DNA of 40,673 nucleotides from sequence record PQ179042; one strand, 5' to 3'. Positions 1 to 7,788 of the stretch are shown here, piece by piece. The notes under the pieces were generated by a model. The model was not told where the DNA came from, did not search any database, and worked only from the letters and a program-made list of their open reading frames with translations. How positions within the stretch are numbered: the stretch's first letter is position 1; each line of letters begins with the position of its first letter. The position numbers and the translations under genes were made by a program. This DNA is from Escherichia phage KM02.

Positions 1-1
1 T

Positions 2-177
2 TCTCACAGTTCAAGAACCTCAAGTCTCCCCATAGGCCCTCTTTCAGTCAGACCAAAGGCCCTACCCCAGTCTATCATAAGGTTGGACCGATGGTCAAGA
101 CTTCAGGTCAACGATAGGTAGAGGCTATGGCTTAGGGAAGGACGATAGGTTGGGACTATGGGTCTTCTTTGAGTCTC
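2..177. repeat. Left direct terminal repeat (176 bp), identical to 40498-40673
   Basis: Exact match of window start (from nt 2) to window end; nt 1 (t) does not match 40497 (a). T7 has a comparable 160-bp terminal redundancy. Confidence 0.95.
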
Positions 178-197
178 TATCTGTATAGTGTTATAGT
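169..197 (+). promoter_or_regulatory. Candidate host sigma70 early promoter (TTGAGT-17-TATAGT)
   Basis: -35-like ttgagt at 169-174, 17-nt spacer, -10 tatagt at 192-197; straddles the terminal repeat boundary. Confidence 0.4.
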
Positions 198-214
198 ATA
201 ACATTACGTCCTAC

Positions 215-298
215 ACCTACAGTCTCACTAACCTACAGTCTCACTAACCTACAGTCTCAACCATAAGACACCAACACCTACAGTCATAGACCTACAGT
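215..298. repeat. Array of five ACCTACAGT-core short repeats (two full 16-bp units ACCTACAGTCTCACTA) beginning 38 bp inside the left terminal repeat boundary
   Basis: Copies at 215, 231, 247, 276 and 290, read directly. Confidence 0.8.
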
Positions 299-334
299 TA
301 ATAGACACAAGGCTATAGACTTAAGGTCTAAGAC

Positions 335-550
335 ATGTTAGTCAAAGACTATATCCTCTTACACCATGGGGCCGACGATAGCTTAATCAATATTATTTCG
401 AATTACCTATTGACTATAGGTCCAGACTATGGCTTAATAGCTTCCGTCAACACGACACGGCAACAACCGGATAGTGAAGACGCCTGGTCATCCCGGTTAA
501 GTAGACAGCCTGATAAGTCATACGAACAACAGGCAGATGACAGAAAGTAG
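335..550 (+). CDS. Hypothetical early protein (weakly supported)
   Basis: 71-aa ORF in the track; only a weak aagg Shine-Dalgarno; lies upstream of the best host promoter candidate. Confidence 0.25.
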   Translation: MLVKDYILLHHGADDSLINIISNYLLTIGPDYGLIASVNTTRQQPDSEDAWSSRLSRQPDKSYEQQADDRK

Positions 551-580
551 TTGACAAGATGTACCGACTTAAAGTAGTAT
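551..580 (+). promoter_or_regulatory. Candidate host sigma70 early promoter (TTGACA-18-TAGTAT)
   Basis: Perfect -35 TTGACA at 551-556 and -10-like TAGTAT at 575-580, upstream of the early gene cluster, as for the T7 A promoters. Confidence 0.5.
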
Positions 581-708
581 GTACCACATCAACACGAAAC
601 AACGGTGACGACCAACACTAAAACGGTCTACCTGAAGTCCTCTGACTGAAGGGAATGTTCTTTAACAATCTGGATAAACTCTTAATGTGCGCCGATAGCG
701 ACTAACTA

Positions 709-740
709 CAGGGCCTTTGAGTCTACATCTGAAGGCCCTG
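709..740 (+). promoter_or_regulatory. Leader hairpin (9-bp stem cagggcctt/aaggccctg), candidate RNase III processing site
   Basis: Perfect inverted repeat 709-717 / 732-740, followed by a conserved block gactgatagtcactaact-aaagga that recurs at 1058-1080. Confidence 0.45.
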
Positions 741-763
741 ACTGATAGTCACTAACTTAAAGG

Positions 764-1018
764 ATGGACACTATGAAACACTTAAGCACAATCACTAATC
801 ACAATGAAGTATTCGTGAATACTAAAGGTTATGCGTGGATTCAACTTAAAGAGATGACAGGAGCGCGTCACCGTGTGGTAGTGCGCAAGGTCTCAAGCAA
901 GCCGTTCAGCAACTACAGCGTAGATACTGTGCGTATAGACAACGAGACCTACCTGATAGACTCGCAGATAACCGTGAGTCCTACAGCGGGCGTCTCAGCT
1001 CCTTATTTCGCTAACTGA
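764..1018 (+). CDS. Hypothetical early protein (gene 0.3 position; not Ocr-like in composition)
   Basis: ORF in track; SD aagga at 759-763 favours the internal ATG at 773 as the true start; not acidic like T7 Ocr. Confidence 0.5.
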   Translation: MDTMKHLSTITNHNEVFVNTKGYAWIQLKEMTGARHRVVVRKVSSKPFSNYSVDTVRIDNETYLIDSQITVSPTAGVSAPYFAN

Positions 1019-1032
1019 GAGTGATTAACTAC

Positions 1033-1057
1033 AGGTCGTTAGACTTATAGCGGCCTG
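1033..1057 (+). promoter_or_regulatory. Second leader hairpin (7-bp stem with one G-U pair), candidate RNase III site
   Basis: caggtcg 1033-1039 pairs with cggcctg 1051-1057; followed by the same conserved block plus SD as at 741-775. Confidence 0.4.
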
Positions 1058-1088
1058 ACTGATAGTCACTAACTAAAGGATAGACAAT

Positions 1089-1277
1089 ATGGCAGACCGT
1101 AAGCTGACCAAAGCAGAAGTGATAGCCGAATGTCGTGAAACTTTCCGCGAGTTCCCTGAGACTTTCAGAGGTGACGACATAGCAAAACAGCAGTATTGGA
1201 ATGATTACACAGACAGTCTCTGTAAGTCTGGCATGATTTACAACCACCAGTATAACACCTGGTCAAACCCATTCTAA
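1089..1277 (+). CDS. Hypothetical early protein
   Basis: 62-aa ORF with SD aagga 8 nt upstream inside the repeated leader block. Confidence 0.5.
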   Translation: MADRKLTKAEVIAECRETFREFPETFRGDDIAKQQYWNDYTDSLCKSGMIYNHQYNTWSNPF

Positions 1278-1293
1278 CGTAAGGAATATAACC

Positions 1294-1806
1294 ATGAAAC
1301 TGATAGGCAAAGGCGCGTTCACTAAGTGCTACCTGAAGGATTGCGGAAAGCGTGTACTTCTGGTCTCTTCAGACCCAATCAAGGAGTGCATGGCGTGGGG
1401 CTGGTTCCCTGAGTCGCCGCTGTTCCCTGAAGTCAAGATGATTGAGGTAGGCACGTATGAGATGGACTACATGCCACCAACACGAGGACTCAAGGCGCAT
1501 TTAGGTGACGACCAGTGGCAACTCTATCAGGTGCTGCGAGATTGCTTCTCACGGTCTCCGGTATTCTCTCAACCTGCTGACCTGTATCACAAGTGGTACG
1601 AGATATTCCAAGCTGCACACGACAGGTCTGAGACCGAGACTGTGCGGGAAGGTCTGATGGATGTACTGATGGCGCTGGACGCTTGCGCTAACTTTGGGTC
1701 TGACATTCAGTTTGAGATAAGCCCACGCAATGTACGGGCCGTTCACGGCAAGTTGATACTGGTGGACTGCTTCTTCCTTGTGTCCAAGCTGCAAGAGGTG
1801 AGGTAA
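1294..1806 (+). CDS. 0.7: Short Ser/Thr protein kinase, T7 gp0.7-like kinase domain only
   Basis: N-terminal KLIGKGAFTKCY resembles the glycine-rich loop KMLGNGHFSAAY recalled from T7 gp0.7; SD aagga present; 170 aa versus 359 aa in T7. Confidence 0.55.
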   Translation: MKLIGKGAFTKCYLKDCGKRVLLVSSDPIKECMAWGWFPESPLFPEVKMIEVGTYEMDYMPPTRGLKAHLGDDQWQLYQVLRDCFSRSPVFSQPADLYHKWYEIFQAAHDRSETETVREGLMDVLMALDACANFGSDIQFEISPRNVRAVHGKLILVDCFFLVSKLQEVR

Positions 1807-1811
1807 TCAAG

Positions 1812-1961
1812 ATGGTAACTTATGGTCTCTGCCAGCACCACGTCACCAACGCCCGGCTTATGGTCAAGACCGGGCAGTTAAACCACGATGCGACTATGCG
1901 CTATCTGAAAGCGGTCTACGAGGGCCGCAAGCGTATACACGACAGTTTACACGCTGAGTGA
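1812..1961 (+). CDS. Small hypothetical protein (49 aa)
   Basis: ATG at 1812 preceded by gaggtgagg; not in the ORF track because it is under 60 aa. Confidence 0.25.
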   Translation: MVTYGLCQHHVTNARLMVKTGQLNHDATMRYLKAVYEGRKRIHDSLHAE

Positions 1962-2028
1962 CAGACGATAGGTCATCTAACTGATAGGTGGCCTCAAAGA
2001 TTATCACTTAAATTGATAGGGGTTAACT

Positions 2029-2193
2029 ATGAAACTTACAGGCATCACACTTTACGTAACCATCATTCTGTCTTGGCTGACTGCGGTCATAGCTGATGGG
2101 AATGCACTACGCCTTGGTTGGCTGGCAGTTGATATCATATTCTCTCCGGTAGGGGTTGTGCGTGGCATCCTGATGTGGATTGGACTGGCGTGA
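2029..2193 (+). CDS. Small hydrophobic (membrane) protein, 54 aa
   Basis: ORF MKLTGITLYVTIILSWLTAVIADGNALRLGWLAVDIIFSPVGVVRGILMWIGLA read from sequence; weak SD. Confidence 0.3.
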   Translation: MKLTGITLYVTIILSWLTAVIADGNALRLGWLAVDIIFSPVGVVRGILMWIGLA

Positions 2194-2199
2194 TAAACT

Positions 2200-2400
2200 A
2201 TGAGTCTTGCACTATTGATAGCCATAGGCTATGGACTTATCGCCTACGTGCTGGTGAGAGACATCAACAAAGCGCGTAAAGTCTATAAATTCAACTATGT
2301 ACGTATGGTCCGCTGGACTGTACGTCAACCTAACGGACGATTCATGTGCAACCTCGCGAACGTCTGGGATATAGCAACTCTTGGGAGCAAACTACAATGA
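2200..2400 (+). CDS. Hypothetical protein (weak)
   Basis: 66-aa ORF in track; no clear SD; overlaps the next ORF. Confidence 0.2.
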   Translation: MSLALLIAIGYGLIAYVLVRDINKARKVYKFNYVRMVRWTVRQPNGRFMCNLANVWDIATLGSKLQ

Positions 2401-2723
2401 ACAAGTCATACGGGATTAATCTGGTACACTCTATGGACGCAGACATGCAAATGTTAAGCCTACTGGCTACCGGGTATCGTCACGGAACGTCAAGTCACAC
2501 CTCACGTCAACAGCAGGAGCGGGACCGTGTACTACAGGCACGACTCCGGGCAGAGGGCCATAAGTCCGAGCTGATGTGTCTGGCGTATGGTGGACGACCA
2601 ATCACCGACGATGGTAAACTTCTGGTCTCAGGCTGGAAGGCGATAGACCAACGGTCAACCATCAAGCACACGACTCACGGTGACTTCTGTCATCTTCATG
2701 CTAACCCTCTGATATGCAAGTAA
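2346..2723 (+). CDS. Hypothetical early protein (probable start at ATG 2397)
   Basis: 125-aa ORF; ggag lies 9 nt before the internal ATG at 2397. Confidence 0.35.
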   Translation: MQPRERLGYSNSWEQTTMNKSYGINLVHSMDADMQMLSLLATGYRHGTSSHTSRQQQERDRVLQARLRAEGHKSELMCLAYGGRPITDDGKLLVSGWKAIDQRSTIKHTTHGDFCHLHANPLICK

Positions 2724-2728
2724 TTATG

Positions 2729-2751
2729 ACTTAACTATCACTATAGGACTC
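2729..2751 (+). promoter_or_regulatory. Phage-RNAP promoter directly upstream of the RNAP gene
   Basis: cttaactatcactatagg at 2730-2747 matches the consensus of the ten other phage promoters in this genome. Confidence 0.6.
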
Positions 2752-2820
2752 AAGGTCTAAGACTCCAAGTGAAAGACCAAAGAGACTTTAAGTGAAAGAC
2801 TAATAACAAGGACTTTAAGT

Positions 2821-5502
2821 ATGAGCGTCATCTCTATTGAAAAACACGACTTCTCTGATGTGTCGAACGCCATTGAGCCGTTTAACCTGCTGGCTGACCA
2901 CTACGGGCAAGACCTTGCAGTCAAACAGCTTCAGCTTGAGCACGAGGCATACACTGAAGGCGAGCGACGTTTCATCAAGAACCTTGAGCGCCAGACTGAG
3001 CGCGGGGAACTGGCAGACAATCAGGTCGCCAAGCCTTTGATGCAGACTCTGGTCCCTAATATTGCGCAAGCCGTCAGGGAGTGGCATGAAGGGCCAGACG
3101 GGAAGCTGTCAACCTCTCGTCCTAGCGTAGCGTTCACCGTGTTGAGCACTGAAGAGAAGGCCGTCAAGGACCGCTCTATGCGCATCTCCTGTGAGTCTGC
3201 TGCGGTTATCATACTGAAGGTCATACTCTCCAAGCTGGTCAAGCCTGAAGGGATACCGATTACACCGATGGCCTCAGCGATAGGTCGCACACTTGAGGAC
3301 GAAATCCGCTTCGGTCGCATCCGTGACAAGGAGAAAGAGCACTTCAAGAAGGCGATAGCTGATAACCTGAATAAGCGGGCCGGGGCGTCCTACAAGAAAG
3401 CCTACATGCAAGCGGTCGAGGCATCCATGCTGGAGCAAGGCCAACTGGAAGATGCGTGGGGGACTTGGAGTCCGACCGAGGCTGTCCACGTTGGAATCAA
3501 GATGCTGGAGATTGTCATCCAGTCCACACAACTGGTCGAGCTTAAGCGTTACGGTGCTGGCAATGCAGCGGCTGACGTTGAGATGGTCCACCTGTCAGAC
3601 TTCTGGGTCAAGAAGATGGCACAACGAGGATTCAGCCTTGCGGGTATAGCTCCAGTCTACCAGCCTTGCGTCGTTCCACCTAAGCCGTGGACTGGTGTCG
3701 TAGGTGGTGGGTACTGGGCCAAAGGACGCAGACCATTACCACTGATTCGCTTAGGGTCTAAGTCTGCGGTAGCACGCTACGAAGACGTGTATATGCCTGA
3801 AGTCTATGACGCTGTGAACATCATTCAGAATACACCTTGGAAAGTGAACAAGAAGGTTCTGGAAGTGGTGAACATGGTCGAGAAGCTGAACAACACGCCT
3901 ATTGATGACATACCTCAGATGGAACCGCTGAAGCCTGAGGACTATGCGGGTGAGACTGAAGATGAACTCAAGGCATGGAAGAAGGCTGCTGCTGGTATCT
4001 ACCGCCGAGAGAAGGCACGGCAGTCACGCAGATTGTCACTGAGCTTTATCGTTAACCAAGCGAACAAGTTCTCTCAGTTCAAGGTCATATGGTTTCCGTA
4101 CAACATGGACTGGCGCGGTCGCGTCTACGCTGTGCCGATGTTCAACCCTCAAGGCAACGACATGCAGAAAGGTCTCCTTACTCTGGCAGTCGGCAAGCCT
4201 ATTGGCGCTGATGGTTTCAAGTGGCTGAAGGTCCATGGTGCAAACTGTGCGGGTGTCGATAAAGTCACCTTCGAGGAGCGCATCAAGTGGGTGGAAGACA
4301 ACCACGACAACATCATGGCTGCTGCTAAAGCACCGATGGACAGCATTGAGTGGTGGGGCAAGTTAGACTCTCCGTTCTGTTTCCTCGCGTTCTGCTTCGA
4401 GTATGCTGGCGTAATGCACCACGGCCTGTCTTACTCCTGCTCGCTGCCGATAGCGTTCGATGGGTCCTGCTCTGGTATTCAGCACTTCAGTGCGATGCTT
4501 CGTGACCACATCGGTGGACATGCAGTAAACCTGACGCCATCCGGTAAGGTACAAGACATCTACCGCATTGTGTCTGACCGCATTGAGGAGGAGCTTAAAG
4601 TCCTGCTGATTAACGGTACTGACAACGAGATGGGCACTCACGAGGATAAGAAAACTGGTGAGATTACCGAACGTATCAAGCTGGGGACACGAGAGCTGGC
4701 CCGTCAGTGGCTGACATACGGTATGTCACGCAAGGTCACTAAGCGTTCAGTCATGACTCTGGCCTACGGGTCGAAAGAGTATGGCTTCGCAGACCAAGTT
4801 TACGAGGACATCGTGATGCCAGCGATTGACTCAGGGTCTGGCGCTATGTTCACCGAGCCAAGCCAAGCGGCTCGCTTCATGGCTAATATGATTTGGGAAG
4901 CTGTGAGTGTGACCGTAGTTGCTGCGGTAGACGCTATGAAGTGGCTTCAGGGTGCCGCCAAGCTGCTGGCTGCTGAAGTGAAGGACAAGAAGACTGGAGA
5001 AATCCTGAAGCCTTGCCTTCCGGTACACTGGGTAACACCTGATGGTTTCCCGGTCTGGCAGGAATATCGCAAGAAGGATACCACTCGTCTGAACTTGATG
5101 TTCTTAGGGTCATTCAACCTTCAGCCTACCGTCAACAGGGGTACGAAGAAAGAGCTGGACAAGCACAAGCAGGAGTCAGGCATTAGCCCGAACTTCGTCC
5201 ACTCACAAGATGGTAGCCACCTACGCAAGACTGTAGTCCATACTCACCGCAAGTATGGCGTGATGTCGTTCGCAGTGATTCACGATAGCTTCGGGACCAT
5301 CCCGGCTGACGCTGAGTATCTGTTCCGTGGGGTCCGTGAGACTATGGTCGAGACCTACCTAGACAACGATGTGCTGCTTGACTTCTACGAGCAGTTTGAA
5401 TACCAGCTTCACGAGAGCCAGCGCGATAAGTTGCCAGAGCTTCCGAAGAAAGGTAAACTGAATATCGAAGACATCTTGTCTTCAGACTTTGCATTCGCTT
5501 AA
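2821..5502 (+). CDS. 1: DNA-directed RNA polymerase, single-subunit T7-type
   Basis: 893 aa; extensive identity to recalled T7 RNAP motifs (FSDV...PFN.LADHYG, WFPYNMDWRGRVYAV, HGANCAGVDK, ending DFAFA). Confidence 0.98.
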   Translation: MSVISIEKHDFSDVSNAIEPFNLLADHYGQDLAVKQLQLEHEAYTEGERRFIKNLERQTERGELADNQVAKPLMQTLVPNIAQAVREWHEGPDGKLSTSRPSVAFTVLSTEEKAVKDRSMRISCESAAVIILKVILSKLVKPEGIPITPMASAIGRTLEDEIRFGRIRDKEKEHFKKAIADNLNKRAGASYKKAYMQAVEASMLEQGQLEDAWGTWSPTEAVHVGIKMLEIVIQSTQLVELKRYGAGNAAADVEMVHLSDFWVKKMAQRGFSLAGIAPVYQPCVVPPKPWTGVVGGGYWAKGRRPLPLIRLGSKSAVARYEDVYMPEVYDAVNIIQNTPWKVNKKVLEVVNMVEKLNNTPIDDIPQMEPLKPEDYAGETEDELKAWKKAAAGIYRREKARQSRRLSLSFIVNQANKFSQFKVIWFPYNMDWRGRVYAVPMFNPQGNDMQKGLLTLAVGKPIGADGFKWLKVHGANCAGVDKVTFEERIKWVEDNHDNIMAAAKAPMDSIEWWGKLDSPFCFLAFCFEYAGVMHHGLSYSCSLPIAFDGSCSGIQHFSAMLRDHIGGHAVNLTPSGKVQDIYRIVSDRIEEELKVLLINGTDNEMGTHEDKKTGEITERIKLGTRELARQWLTYGMSRKVTKRSVMTLAYGSKEYGFADQVYEDIVMPAIDSGSGAMFTEPSQAARFMANMIWEAVSVTVVAAVDAMKWLQGAAKLLAAEVKDKKTGEILKPCLPVHWVTPDGFPVWQEYRKKDTTRLNLMFLGSFNLQPTVNRGTKKELDKHKQESGISPNFVHSQDGSHLRKTVVHTHRKYGVMSFAVIHDSFGTIPADAEYLFRGVRETMVETYLDNDVLLDFYEQFEYQLHESQRDKLPELPKKGKLNIEDILSSDFAFA

Positions 5503-5520
5503 CAGGAGAGAGAGAGAGCT

Positions 5521-5736
5521 ATGAAATTTGCACACAAGCATACTGGCATTAATGGTGGGACTCAAATCGTGACCGTAACAGAACACAACGGCAAGGGTCT
5601 GGTGAAGACCACGGTCATCCCTACCGAGATGTCCAAGCAGCTTAACATCCCGTTCAAGACTCTTGTAGATCTGGTCGAGTCCAGCCACGAGAAGTACCTG
5701 AAGGACGCAGTGTCCAAACTGGAGCAGACCAAATGA
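5521..5736 (+). CDS. Hypothetical protein
   Basis: 71-aa ORF with SD aggag; follows a (GA)6 run at 5506-5518. Confidence 0.45.
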   Translation: MKFAHKHTGINGGTQIVTVTEHNGKGLVKTTVIPTEMSKQLNIPFKTLVDLVESSHEKYLKDAVSKLEQTK

Positions 5737-5811
5737 CAGACCTACAGTTGCTGGCCTTGTGGCTGGGAGCACTCGCAGTATTCACTTTAATCCAACGCAG
5801 AAGAGGTTAAC

Positions 5812-5834
5812 CCTAAACTATCACTATAGGATTA
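5812..5834 (+). promoter_or_regulatory. Phage-RNAP promoter (T7 phi1.1 analogue)
   Basis: ctaaactatcactatagg at 5813-5830. Confidence 0.75.
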
Positions 5835-5874
5835 GACTCAAGGTCATGACTCAAAGTCGTGGCCTTCATGATTA
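5833..5874 (+). promoter_or_regulatory. Conserved RNase III-site-like motif (copy A; T7 R1.1 position)
   Basis: tagactcaaggtcat-N11-gtggccttcatgatta; near-identical copies at 13420-13461 and 37474-37512. Confidence 0.5.
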
Positions 5875-5907
5875 ACCCTAAATAAACACTACTGGAGATT
5901 TAACCGT

Positions 5908-6087
5908 ATGTATCAGAATACTATCAACTTCGAGCGCATCCGTGAACGTCAGCAGACTGAAGGCTACATACCGAAGGGCCGCAAGCTGAACAAGACTAAA
6001 CGTGGCGGTGGTGTCAAAGGCGCTTTCCGTAATGCTGAAGGTAAAGACTCTATGATCAACCAAGAGAAGTACTTCGTAGGAGCGTAA
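5908..6087 (+). CDS. 1.1: gp1.1-like small basic protein
   Basis: 59-aa ORF with KGRKLNKTKR motif matching T7 gp1.1 as recalled; SD ggag. Confidence 0.55.
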   Translation: MYQNTINFERIRERQQTEGYIPKGRKLNKTKRGGGVKGAFRNAEGKDSMINQEKYFVGA

Positions 6088-6090
6088 GCC

Positions 6091-6342
6091 ATGAGTAAAC
6101 GTTGGTTATTCGACGCATCACCGAGCCAGTGGTCAGCGTTAGGCCGGACTCACCGCGAGATGAGTGAGGCAGGACTTGATGTCAAAATGGATGGCTCGCC
6201 GTGCTCCGGAAAAACTCTGGTAAGAGTAATTGAAGCAGACGGTGTGGGGCTTCTGGTCTCCAGAGAATTTACCGAAGATGAAATCTTTAGCTGTGAGCAA
6301 TGGTGCTTACGACAATTGAACGCTTATAGGAGCTGGAAATAA
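6091..6342 (+). CDS. 1.2: gp1.2-like protein (host dGTPase inhibitor family by position)
   Basis: 83 aa, right size and position, ends in WK like T7 gp1.2; SD aggag. Confidence 0.45.
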   Translation: MSKRWLFDASPSQWSALGRTHREMSEAGLDVKMDGSPCSGKTLVRVIEADGVGLLVSREFTEDEIFSCEQWCLRQLNAYRSWK

Positions 6343-7397
6343 TGACTACGACTATTAAAACTAACCCGCACCGCGCTGTAGATTACTCTGAGTCTGGCGT
6401 TAAGAAGGCTTTGGAAGCTGCTGGGTCACTGGAAGCTGAAGTGAAGTATGACGGTGTGCGGTTGAACCTTCCGGTCTTCCCTACTGGTGAGACTCAATGG
6501 TTGAGCCGTGAGTCCAAAGAGCTTCCGGCCCTAAGCTGGCTGGGCACATCCGGTGACGACATCGGTTCTGCCAAGGCTAGCGACTGGCGATGGTTCCTTA
6601 AACAGGCTGGATACGAAGGTACTGGCCTGATGATTGACGGCGAGGTGATGGTAAAGGGTGTAGACTTCAACACATCCTCAGGACTTATTCGCACGAAGTG
6701 GCTGAAGCCTGATAACCTAAAGTTCAATGACGTAAAGTTTGACGAGATGCCTCGTAAGTCTACAGGCGCTAAGTCTAAACTTCCGTTCCTACTGGCAGCC
6801 GAGCATATCCAAGTGGTTGTATACGGGATTATTGACCTTAACGTCATCCTAGACCCAAAAGCTGAAGGGCCTATCCACAGCGTAACGAGACTGAAGGCCG
6901 AAGCTGTCGTCCCTCTCCTCCAGAAATACTCCCCGGAAATCGACTGGGTGCTATCTGAGAGTCATACAGTGTTTAGCTTAGACGAGCTTACTGACTTGTA
7001 TGAGAAGAAGAGAGAAGAGGGCCATGAGGGTCTGGTAGTTAAAGACCCACTGGGTAAATGGAAGCGTGGCAAGAAGTCAGGCATGTGGAAGATGAAGCCA
7101 AGCGAAGAGGCGGATGGTCATGTTGTGCGCCCTGTGTGGGGTACGGATGGGTTAGCCAACGAAGGCATGGTCATCGGATTTGACGTTATGCTTGAGAACG
7201 GGATGGAGGTCTCCGCAACTAACATTAGTCGCGCCCTTATGTCCGAGTTCACGGAGAATGTTAAGTCAGACCCTGACTACTACAAGGGGTGGGCTTGCCA
7301 AATTACCTACATGGAGAAGACACCAGATGGAAGCCTCCGACACCCGTCATTCGACCAATGGCGGGGGACTGAGGACAATCCAACGGAGAAGATGTAA
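6342..7397 (+). CDS. 1.3: ATP-dependent DNA ligase
   Basis: 351 aa with the ligase adenylation motif KYDGVR; T7 gene 1.3 position. Confidence 0.9.
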   Translation: MTTTIKTNPHRAVDYSESGVKKALEAAGSLEAEVKYDGVRLNLPVFPTGETQWLSRESKELPALSWLGTSGDDIGSAKASDWRWFLKQAGYEGTGLMIDGEVMVKGVDFNTSSGLIRTKWLKPDNLKFNDVKFDEMPRKSTGAKSKLPFLLAAEHIQVVVYGIIDLNVILDPKAEGPIHSVTRLKAEAVVPLLQKYSPEIDWVLSESHTVFSLDELTDLYEKKREEGHEGLVVKDPLGKWKRGKKSGMWKMKPSEEADGHVVRPVWGTDGLANEGMVIGFDVMLENGMEVSATNISRALMSEFTENVKSDPDYYKGWACQITYMEKTPDGSLRHPSFDQWRGTEDNPTEKM

Positions 7398-7579
7398 TGA
7401 TAATTTTTGACCAAGGCATTTGGAAGGTATGGCAACATCCACACTTACAGGTATTCCACATCCTGAAATGGTCTGAGGGAGATGACCCATCCTCTTATGG
7501 GAGCAAGTGGGATTACTTCATACAGAAAGAGTGTTGGAGTATACTCGAGGTAAAGGCATATCTTCAAGCTAACATGTAG
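7397..7579 (+). CDS. Hypothetical protein lying between the ligase stop and a displaced ligase 3' remnant
   Basis: 60-aa ORF; its ATG overlaps the ligase stop (taATGa). Confidence 0.4.
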   Translation: MIIFDQGIWKVWQHPHLQVFHILKWSEGDDPSSYGSKWDYFIQKECWSILEVKAYLQANM

Positions 7580-7582
7580 TAA

Positions 7583-7657
7583 CAATGGCCAGTACTTCGT
7601 CACCCTAGCTTCAAGTGCTGGCGCGGGACGGAAGATAACCCGACCATTAAGAGCTAA
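7583..7657 (+). pseudogene. Displaced, divergent remnant of a ligase C-terminus
   Basis: Encodes QWPVLRHPSFKCWRGTEDNPTIKS, versus the true ligase end SLRHPSFDQWRGTEDNPTEKM; codons differ mainly at synonymous positions. Confidence 0.6.
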
Positions 7658-7666
7658 CTAAATGTC

Positions 7667-7700
7667 AACCCAGTGGTCTTATGACTGCTGGGTTTCTTTG
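7667..7700 (+). terminator. Rho-independent terminator (T7 TE analogue)
   Basis: Stem aacccag (7667-7673) / ctgggtt (7688-7694) followed by tctttg. Confidence 0.55.
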
Positions 7701-7739
7701 CTTATGCTAGCAAGCTATCGTTTGGGCCACCAGCTAGAC

Positions 7740-7762
7740 CCTAAGCTATCACTATAGGACAA
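7740..7762 (+). promoter_or_regulatory. Phage-RNAP promoter (phi1.5-like)
   Basis: ctaagctatcactatagg at 7741-7758; one mismatch to consensus. Confidence 0.65.
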
Positions 7763-7788
7763 CCCTAACCGACCAAAGGAGAAACCTT

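Noticed and set aside
215-298. Possible CRISPR array (short tandem repeats near the ends)
   Set aside because: Units are 9-16 bp with irregular spacing and no uniform spacers or cas genes; position beside the terminal repeats points to packaging signals.
2837-3040. Short + strand ORFs in alternative frames inside long genes (for example 2837-3040, 3452-3649, 14226-14420, 21317-21499, 32940-33140)
   Set aside because: Embedded in out-of-frame positions within conserved genes; no initiation signals. The exceptions kept are the known embedded Rz1 and the 10B frameshift product.
5506-5518. (GA)6 microsatellite before ORF 5521
   Set aside because: Short simple repeat that also supplies the SD; no evidence of function beyond that.
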